Shown here in pieces: positions 55,534 to 64,000 of a DNA stretch of 64,000 nucleotides. A program made the translations under genes and the position numbers. Within the stretch, counting starts at the first letter, position 1. The number at the start of each line of letters is the position of its first letter. The DNA is taken from assembly GCA_012295275.1 (NCBI GenBank), contig CM022665.1, forward strand, positions 3,224,001 to 3,288,000, in the 5' to 3' direction. Source of the DNA: Chrysomallon squamiferum (taxonomy: Eukaryota > Animalia > Mollusca). The notes beneath the pieces were generated by a model that was given only the letters and a program-made list of their open reading frames with translations, ran no database searches and was not told where the DNA came from.

Positions 55534-58500
55534 ATGGGCACGCGAGTGTACATTGGAAGACTTTCCTACCATGCCAGAGAAAAAGATGTGGAACGATTTT
55601 TTAGAGGCTATGGTAGAATAAGAGATGTAATGCTGAAGAATGGATATGGATTTGTGGTTTGTATTTGGTCTTGTTTTTACTTTACTAGGATAAACAACCC
55701 AAAACATTGGCCATTCCAGTGTTAACACAATAATCCATGCTAATGTGAAAATTTGTGTACATGTTAAAAAATAAGTTTGTCAGTATCCATCTGTTGGAAA
55801 AGTTACTTTTGTCTGGTTTTGAGAAGTAATAATAATTGAAATGGGAATTTTTTTTATTTTATTTGGGTGTTTGGAGAATGGAAATTGATCCAGTTAATAT
55901 TATTTCAATTAGTACCAGCTATGATTCATTAGTATATAGGGCTATAGTATCCAGGGAATTAAATTCATTCTATAAATGTGGTCAAATAATCTTTAGTAAT
56001 TATGTAATGTCTTCAGAGACCAAAATGCATATATATTTTATAATCAGTTTTGAAATGTTATTAATAAGCTCTTTGTGATGATTCCTGTTTGCACAGCAAT
56101 TTTCTTGTTTCCAGGAATTTGATGATCACAGAGATGCTGATGATGCAGTGTATGAACTGAACGGCAAAGAGCTTTGTGGTGAAAGGTATTCAGTGTAACA
56201 ATATTGAGAAGATTGTGATTTTTAGAGTACAGGCACTCCTCACTTAACAAGTCCTGTTCCTACATCTTTGTCATTGAACAAATTGGTCAATAAGTGAGAA
56301 GTTGCTCCTTATTGATATTTCATGCATGCTATATTGGAAGTGGGTTTGTGTCAACCATCTTTAGGTATTGTTTTAATGTCACTTTTGCAACATTTATAAC
56401 ATTTTTAGTGTTCTTCAAACATTTTTACAGTAGTGTATTGTGTAGTGTAATAAAGAGAATAGAAGAAATCAACACTAATATACATTACCTGGATTGGTTG
56501 TTGTAAATACCAGTAATTTTATTTATTCTGGATAAAAAGGTCTAAAGAAAACTCCCAACTTGATAATTTGCATAATTCTTGTGTGTTACACAACATAAAA
56601 ATAAAATCAGTCCCATGTGGATCACAAAGTACAAATTAATATATGAGATGTTTGTTTTTGAGATTGAGTGTGAATGCTAGTATAATGAATACTGACTGAC
56701 TGCTCGGATGAAACTGAGACTGAGAAAGGTTAATGTGAGACAAATTGTTTGATGCCAATATACTACCCTGCAGTTTCCATGACCAGTGTTTCTTGTAGTG
56801 TACAATGCTGACTGGTCAGAGATTTGGTTAAGTCCACCAGGTTGTTAAATAGGTAGGTTAAGTGAGGAGGAACTGATTCATACTTAGTGAATGTAAAAAT
56901 AATGTACATACAGATCCCAGAAAATATTGAAAGTGAAGGAATTTATTAACCAGAAAATCAGTACATTTAAAATTGAGTGAATTTCCTTTTAATGTATATT
57001 TGCACAATAACTAATAAAACTATTTTTTTGATATGGCTTGAAATGATCATAAATATTGTGCAAAGTTTTGATGTGTGAAATATTTGTTACTGCAGAGTGA
57101 TAGTTGAACATGCTCGTGGACCGAGAGGGGAAGATTCGTGGCGAGACAGAGATAGGGGATACGGACGACGACGAGGTATTGGTTCCGCATCCAGACGAGA
57201 CAAGTAAGTAAATATTTCCTGTCATTCTGAAAGTAACACGGTCTGTTTATTTTGTCTGAGAATTATCTGTCAAAATCCACTCAATCCATCTTGAAATGCT
57301 CAGAATTTTTATTTAAAAAAAAAAAAATTATGTCACATCTATATCCAGTTTTACTTGTGTATAATAAAACACATTAGCAGTGAATGTAAATGTTTGTTTC
57401 TGTGTGCTACATTATATAATGAAGTTTTTGTTTCAGATACGGTCCACCGACTCGAACAGAATATAGAATTATTGTTGAAAATCTATCATCTCGAGTCAGC
57501 TGGCAGGTATGTGTTGCACTGTTTAGGGAAGGGGGAAGCTGTTTCTACTAAAGATATTGCAATTCTGTATTTTTCACATGGCTCTCAATAGACGAGGTTC
57601 ACCACAATAAATGCCTTTCCAGTAAGTTTGATCTTTTTGACAAAACCTTGATGCAAAATGTGGTAAATGCAAATGATACTAAGCAGCATTTACTGTTTTT
57701 ATTTGCACATCTCTTAATGACTGATTTATATAAATGTCTGGCCATGAAACAATTTTTTCCTTAGATTATATTTCCCCATCAAAAGTGATTTTGGATTTAG
57801 CTCCTTGTATATAAATCTTATTCTTTTTAAAAGACTTAAAATATGAGTGAGAAAAGTGCTTCAGGTTTCTTGTCAAAAAGATATCTACGTTTCCTTAAAA
57901 ATGAAAATTGTATTAAATGTAATAATGATCAAATGTATTGCTTTTCTGTACTTATGATTTGGCTATCACTAATTATAAAAAGCCATTATTTCCCTGACAG
58001 CTAATCATGACTGGGTCAGATGCTCTGAAATGAAGGCCAGTCTCTGAGGGGAGGTATCCACTTGCACACTTCAGCTAGTGACCACCTTTCAGGAGACCAG
58101 AATTGTATGAACTGATCAACCCTCTGCTGATGGGGTGTCTTTGGTCGACTGGGTCCTATAACCATCCACCGATGTCTGTATTTGAGGCATGCCACTTGCG
58201 TCCCTGAACCACTGAGGCATGTCAGTTGCACCCCTGAACCAGTCTATAGTTCTATGCCCAGTTCAAGCTGTAGTGGCTTGTGTTGGGAAAATTTGAATTT
58301 CAGATAATTGTCAGGAGTCTCTCTGGCTGGCTTCTTCCCTTAAAAAAGAAAAGGTCTGGTTGATTACTGTTTGGCTTCTTCTAGTGTCCTTCCTACCAAG
58401 CTGCAGGCTAGGCTTTGCGGGTTTACTGATGTAATCTTACATCGAACTCGAAGGAAGCGAGATCATACCAGATGTACGGCACTCTGGCACATTCAGCCCG

Positions 58501-59776
58501 AGGCATTAAACAAGCTTTGATAGGTATATAACTGCTTTGACCTTTCAGTTTTCACATTTAAAGCAAGGTAATATTATAGAATTCTGTTAATTCTGAATTT
58601 AAAAATAAGTACAAAAAAAAAAAAAAAAATACAGGGTTGTTCCAGAAGACTGTGTATGCATTAATAATTTGTCTTTATTTTCTGTTCACTGGAGCAAAAG
58701 AACAATTAGTTTAATCAGTAAATCCGTATCATTGTTAACAGCCTAAAATCTGGAGTTAATGGGTAGTTTTCCACTAAAATGTTATGTTATTTATTGTAAA
58801 AACTTGAAAATTGTATATATTTGAAATTACTTAATTCCTTTAAAAAAAAAAAATGAAGACATAAATTAAACATCTGAAGGGTATCCTTGACATGTGATTA
58901 TTTTATTTTTAAAGTTTATAAAAAATGATTATTTGAAGAGAAAAAAATGTATTTACTCCCTTTGGTTATTTATTTACAGTTTTATTATTGTCTCACTATA
59001 ATGTGAGAATGGAATATTTGAAGTAATTAAAATAAATTTAAAAAAAAAAAAAAAATTCTTCTGGAATAGCCCTTCACATTTCATTTATAAGTAAGACACA
59101 ATTATACTATGGTATTTTTCTTGCATGTGGTTTCAAGTATTTGTTTATATGGTGTGGTCATTGTTCTGATGGATTGAATTGTGATCTTCACTGAATGTTG
59201 CAGAGTTATGGTTTTGGAAATCATGTATCTGAAATACTATTTCCAGGAAAGAGTTGATAAAAGAAGGTGCCTTTTCCTGATAGTTGCATAATGGGTTTGT
59301 GCTGTTTTGAATAAGCAAACTAGTACAGGATATTATAATTTCAGGAAATTGAATGGCTTTTTACTTGGGCCTTGTCATAAATATTTTAATATTGTTTTCC
59401 AAGTAGCTGTCTGTATTCAGATGTAAAGCAAAATTTAACTTTAATGGAAAATGAGTAGTGCCAGTGTTTTTTTGTGTTAAAAAGGAAGCAGACAGCCAGT
59501 ATAAACAATCTATAGATGGCTTATTTTAGTGGATCTTGCCTCGCCTCTCAGTGTGAAGGAATAATGTCCTCTGTTTAATGCACAGTGGTTCACACACTCT
59601 TTTATGAAAGTCATTGTGAAAAAAGTACTCAGAAAATTCATACATGTGTAGAATGACAAATAATTTGAGAATAATTACTTTTAGTATTTATTAATTTTTG
59701 TATATTGGTAAGGCTGTTAAACAGTTTTTGTGTTGTTCTGATTTTAAGTCTTGAACATTTAAAATGAAGTTGGTGT

Positions 59777-59812
<36 letters not shown>

Positions 59813-60094
59813 TATTATGTATTGTGAATACTATTTTGAAATGAGGAACACAAATGATTTACTTGATTTTTTTTAACCTTGATTTTTGCCAGATCAGCAT
59901 TAGGATGCAGATGGATTACTGGCTTGCTTTGTGAATTTGTTTTAATATAAATTGTAAATATTTTTACTGAATGTTTTTAATGAAATTCATTTAAAAAAAA
60001 AACTTTTTTTGCTTTTAAAGGATTTGAAAGACTACATGCGACAAGCTGGTGAAGTTACATATGCTGATGCTCATAAGAAGCACAGGAATGAAGG
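55534..60094 (+). CDS. SRSF4/5/6: Serine/arginine-rich splicing factor of the SRSF4/5/6 (SRp55/B52) family, 5' partial; continues beyond the window
   Basis: Exons 55534-55656, 56115-56185, 57096-57203, 57437-57506 and 60021-60094. They encode RRM1 (RVYIGRL...[39 protein letters not shown]) and the start of the pseudo-RRM2 with the signature [34 protein letters not shown]...NEG. The next exon (expected VVEF...) and the RS domain were not found in the window. Confidence 0.95.
58001..58523 (+). other. Poison (PTC-containing) alternative exon of the SR gene
   Basis: Acceptor TTTCCCTGACAG|58001, in-frame TGA at 58031-58033, candidate donor TAG|GTATAT at 58523/4. It is a GC-richer block in the intron directly after the SWQ codons, the position where SRSF5-type unproductive splicing is known. 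Confidence 0.72.
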
Positions 60095-60835
60095 GTTTGT
60101 CAATAGTTTAAATTCAGTACATTTATTTTTCAGTAATTGAAGTAATTGGAAACTTATGAACACTTCAAGCATTAAAATAAAGATTATCATTTAAGACATC
60201 TAATGAATTCATGATCAATACAAGTATTGCCACAAACAGAATATATAATTGTTCTCCATAAACTTGAAAACAGGTTTAATGGTAACATCTTTCAGGACAT
60301 AAAACTGAAGAATCATTCCCTGTTTGTTCTGAACACCGTTTTGACTTGGGGAAATTATATAGTTTGTTGTGTGTTAAATTTTTCACCATTTTTCTTAGTA
60401 TGTTTTCCTTGAAGTATTTTATTTTGGATTTAACTAGTGTCCCATTCAAACTTAGCTGCATTAATTTTGATAATGTATAGTTTTTAAAAGAACAGTGGTC
60501 TGTTTAATTTTAATATAATAGTTTTAATGTATTTCTCTGGTATATGTGATTACAAAAAAAAAGACCAGAAAGGAAGATGAACAATTAAATGTTTGCCATC
60601 AGTTCACACGGAGCTCTTCAAAACTTCTACAAAAACTTCCTCTTTCACTTACCTAGGAAGTTTAAAACATTTTTATTTATATACACCTACAGATGATTCT
60701 AATTTTCTTGTAAACCTCCTCCTTCCCGATTGGTAACTTAGTGTTTTTTTTTTTTTTTTTTTTTAATAGTTTCACAAACTGTTCATGATTAGTTTATCAT
60801 ATATTTTCAACACAAGCATAAATCACTTATAAACC

Positions 60836-60913
60836 TGTGGTGTGGTGATGAGTAACATCTTTCGGGACTGACAGATCTTGAAGAATTTTTCCCAACGTGT
60901 TCTGAGCACCACA
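60836..60913 (+). ncRNA. SNORD2: Box C/D snoRNA, SNORD2/snR39b-like, copy 1 (intact)
   Basis: Terminal stem TGTGGTGT/GCACCACA, C box GTGATGA at 60845, guide CATCTTTCGGGA plus D' box CTGA, C' box TGAAGA, second guide TCCCAACGTGTT plus D box CTGA at 60902. The first guide is complementary to the conserved LSU rRNA sequence CCCGAAAGAUG. Confidence 0.88.
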
Positions 60914-61295
60914 TAAATATTAAGATTTTACAGTTAATAAAATTATGCTGATCTGTTGTTTTTATATATATATATAGATGTGTGTAATTTTAGCTTTTGG
61001 AAAATCTACATGTTTTTTATTTTGTTTTTTAGAAAATAGTTGCTAGTGTAAAATACTAATCAGTTGTAAAACTATATATTCAGTAGGAAAACGTAGGTGA
61101 ATGAAATATTTTGATTTAATGTTGGTAAGTAGTGGTCATGTAGATGAAATAAGAAGTATATATTTTCAGTTTATAACGGAAAAATGGGGAAAAAGCATAA
61201 ATACATTGGAAATATTTTTCATTAAAAAATTTCATTCATCATGGAGTAATTTTGGTCTAGTATATGTATTAATGATTAATTGTAATAAAAGTAAG

Positions 61296-61367
61296 TGGTG
61301 TGGTGATTTTAACATCTTTTGAAACTTTAACTAATTGAAAAAAATTTTCCCAACATTTAAAATGCCA
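61296..61367 (+). pseudogene. Degenerate SNORD2-like copy 2
   Basis: TGGTGTGGTGATTTTAACATCTTTTGAAAC...TTTTCCCAACATTT; C, D' and D boxes are mutated. Confidence 0.75.
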
Positions 61368-61509
61368 GTTTAAATTAAAGTTACTGGACTTTACAGAATT
61401 TGTGAATGGAGCATAAATACATTGGTACGTTTTCATTAAAAATTTCATTCATCATGGAGTAATTTCAGTCTAGTATATGTATTAATGATTAATTGTATAT
61501 AAAATGGAG

Positions 61510-61583
61510 TGGTGTGGTGATGAGTAACATCTTTTGAAACTGACAACTCTTGAAAAACATTTCCCAACATTTAGTGAATGCCA
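61510..61583 (+). pseudogene. Degenerate SNORD2-like copy 3
   Basis: C box and D' box are intact, but the guides are mutated (CATCTTTTGAAA, CCCAACATTT) and the D box is changed to GTGA. Confidence 0.75.
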
Positions 61584-61870
61584 GTTTAATATTAAAGTTA
61601 CTGGACTTTACAGAATTTGTGAATGGAGAATTAGTCAAATCTGGTTCTGTATGCATATTATTTGCTTTAACAGCTGTTTTATTTGTTTTCTCCATCTTTG
61701 ATTTCTTTATTTTCTTTTTTTTTAAAGTAGACATTAACTGTTAAACTTTTAATCCATGTGTCCTCAGGGCATATAAAACATTACACTTCAGTAGGAAAAT
61801 GTACTTCAGATCATTCACTTCTTGTCAGTAAGCACAAGAGAAAACCTGTTTATAAGAGTATAAAACAAAA

Positions 61871-61944
61871 TGGTGTGGTGATGAGTAACATCTTTCGGGA
61901 CTGACAGATCTTGAAGAATTTTTCCCAACGTGTTCTGAGCACCA
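61871..61944 (+). ncRNA. SNORD2: Box C/D snoRNA, SNORD2/snR39b-like, copy 4 (intact)
   Basis: Core identical to copy 1: C box 61878-61884, D box 61935-61938, stem TGGTGT/GCACCA. Confidence 0.88.
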
Positions 61945-62475
61945 CATAAATACTAAGATTTTGCAGTTAATAAAATAATGCTGATCTGTTGTTTTTATAT
62001 ATAGACCTGTGTCATTTTAGCTACTGAAAATCTTAATATTTGTAAAGTTTGTAATACATTGTTTTATTAATGACTGATTTTATATTCAGGACTGTAAATT
62101 ATTTATTTATGTGAAATAAACAATATTTGAAAGTACTGTAATTATTTACCAAATTCTTAAAAAGTTTTTTGAATTTACATGTAAAATCTGTTGCAAATTA
62201 TGTAATCTGTGTAAAATGTTTATTTACCTATTTATTTTACAGGGAACATTGTGCTTTATTGACTTATTCAAAGTAATTTATTTTAGACATAATGCAGTTG
62301 ATCACCAGTTTTCAATATAAATACCATTCACTTGTGTTGATATTTTCTTAGGTTTGATGTTATTTCATAATGGACAAGATTGATAGTATCATTTATGATA
62401 TAAACACGTAGATGTGTAAACTTGATTAATTCCACAAAGTTGTTACAGTATCCAATATAAACATGAAAAAAACAA

Positions 62476-62530
62476 TGGTGTGGTGATGAAACTGACATTG
62501 AAGAATTTTCCCAACGTGTTCTGAGCGCCA
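62476..62530 (+). ncRNA. Truncated box C/D snoRNA copy 5 (D' guide deleted, D guide retained)
   Basis: TGGTGTG GTGATGA AA CTGA CAT TGAAGA ATTTTCCCAACGTGTT CTGA GCGCCA: all four boxes and the stem are kept, the first guide is missing. Confidence 0.65.
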
Positions 62531-63031
62531 CAAAAAATTAACAAATTTTATGGGACCTGAAATTGCAGACAAATAATTTTATTTACCTGTTTTTGGAAAA
62601 ATTATATTTCATACTATTTTATTAAATTTAACTGATATTTAAATTTAACTTTTTATTTTATTTTATTTTATTTTATTTTTTTTTTGAAAATAGTTGTTAG
62701 TGTAAAATACTGTTGTTAAATTTCTGATTAGTTGTAAAACTATATATTCTGTAGGAAAATACAGGTGAATGAAGTATTTTGGTTTAATTTTGGTAAGTAG
62801 TGGTCATAAAAATGAAATAAATGCGAATTTTCTGCTTATTTTATTATGGGAAAAACAAGAGTTAACATAAATAATGATAAGTTTTCATAAGAACTAAGCA
62901 TTAAAATTGTTTTCATTCATTGTTTGAGTAATTTCAGTCTATTACATCTATTAATGATTGATTAGTTTAAAACAAATATTAAAGCTACTGGACTTTATGG
63001 AATTTGTAAATAGAGAATTAATCATATCTGG

Positions 63032-63069
<38 letters not shown>

Positions 63070-63284
63070 TGCTTTAACAGCGGTTTTATGTTTTGGGAGT
63101 TTTCTCCACTTTCTTCACATTATTATTTTTTTTTTTTTTTAAGTAGACATTAACTTAAACTTTTAATCCATGTGTCCTCAGGGCATATAAAACATTACAC
63201 TTCAGTAGGAAAATGTACTTCAGATCATTCACTTCTTGTCAGTAAGCACAAGAGAAAACCTGTTTATAAGAGTATAAAACAAAA

Positions 63285-63358
63285 TGGTGTGGTGATGAGT
63301 AACATCTTTCGGGACTGACAGATCTTGAAGAATTTTTCCCAACGTGTTCTGAGCACCA
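63285..63358 (+). ncRNA. SNORD2: Box C/D snoRNA, SNORD2/snR39b-like, copy 6 (intact)
   Basis: Core identical to copies 1 and 4; D box at 63349-63352. Confidence 0.88.
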
Positions 63359-63916
63359 ATTAAATACTAAGATTTTGCAGTTAATAAAATTATGCTGATC
63401 TGTTGTTTTTGTATATGGATGTGTGTAATTTTAGCTACTGAAAATCTTAATATTTGTAAAGTTTCTAATACTGATTTTATATTCAGGTCTGTAAATTATT
63501 GCTGCTTCAGTGCCCAATGGGAAATACATAAAATATTTGAAAGTACTGTAGTTATTAATCAGATTTATTTAAAAAAATAAAAAAATAAAAAACAAAATTT
63601 ATCTGTAATATGTCACAAATTATGTAAACTATATAAAATGTTTATTTATCAATTTAATTTACAGGGAATACATTTACCTTAAAATTCCTTCTGCTTTATT
63701 GACACTGTTATTCAAAGTAATTTGTTTTAGACAATGCAGTTGATCGCCAGTTTTCAATATAAATACCATTCACTTGTGTTGATATTTTCTTAGGTTTGAT
63801 GTTATTTCATAATGGACAAGATTTTGTATCATTTATGATATAAACACCTAGACGTGTAAACTTGATTAATTCCACAAAGTTGTTACAGTATCCAATATAA
63901 ACATGAAATTAAACAA

Positions 63917-63990
63917 TGGTGTGGTGATGAGTAACATCTTTCGGAACTGACATATCTTGAAGAACCTTTCCCAACGTGTTCTGAGCACCA
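63917..63990 (+). ncRNA. SNORD2: Box C/D snoRNA, SNORD2/snR39b-like, copy 7 (full-length variant)
   Basis: Boxes and stem are intact. The D' guide reads CATCTTTCGGAA (one change near the box), the D guide is intact, and the D box is at 63981-63984. Confidence 0.82.
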
Positions 63991-64000
63991 CGAAAAATTA

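Larger units (their letters stand above)
60836..64000 (+). repeat. Complex tandem duplication carrying the snoRNA array
   Basis: About 61030-62685 is homologous to about 62686-64000 and beyond (offsets 1414 bp for copies 4/6 and 1441 bp for copies 5/7). There is a nested duplication of about 215 bp (about 61195-61410 / 61411-61625). Copies 1, 4 and 6 share about 90 bp of downstream flank. Confidence 0.9.

Noticed and set aside
60636-60695. CTTCCTCTTTC (5'TOP/TCT-like start) overlapping a perfect - strand donor AG|GTAAGTG just upstream of the snoRNA array
   Set aside because: Two incompatible readings of a short motif with no supporting promoter or acceptor; could be chance. Worth checking only if CAGE data exist.
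61768-61827. 60-nt cassette as the next coding exon of the SR gene
   Set aside because: It is open in phase (GAYKTLHFSRKMYFRSFTSC) but has no resemblance to the conserved VVEF... RRM2 continuation and is duplicated along with the snoRNA unit.
60836-63990. CRISPR-like reading of the recurring ~75-bp unit
   Set aside because: Eukaryotic intron context, irregular spacing of 200-800 bp, spacers homologous to each other, no cas genes; the unit has full C/D snoRNA anatomy.

Overview
AT-rich, microsatellite-dense eukaryotic (invertebrate, probably mollusc-like; inferred) genomic DNA. It carries three spliced protein-coding genes. (1) A 3-exon ChaC/CHAC1 glutathione gamma-glutamylcyclotransferase (+, 13445-14994) with ATF4-type response elements upstream. 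(2) A complete INO80 chromatin-remodelling ATPase with 36 coding exons (-, 51804-26795, 1451 aa as assembled by hand), including one GC-AG intron. (3) Head-to-head with INO80, the 5' part of an SRSF4/5/6 (B52/SRp55-type) SR splicing factor (+, from 55534) with a stop-containing poison exon. The most striking element lies downstream of the last visible SR exon. From 60836 to the window end there is a tandemly amplified array of seven box C/D snoRNA copies of the SNORD2/snR39b type: four full-length, one missing one guide, two decayed. Both guides appear to target abutting stretches of 28S rRNA, and short candidate non-coding exons separate the copies. The window also contains an internally deleted FLYWCH-MULE transposon, a small MITE and a sharp CpG-rich to CpG-poor transition. 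All calls were made by eye; no database searches were run.
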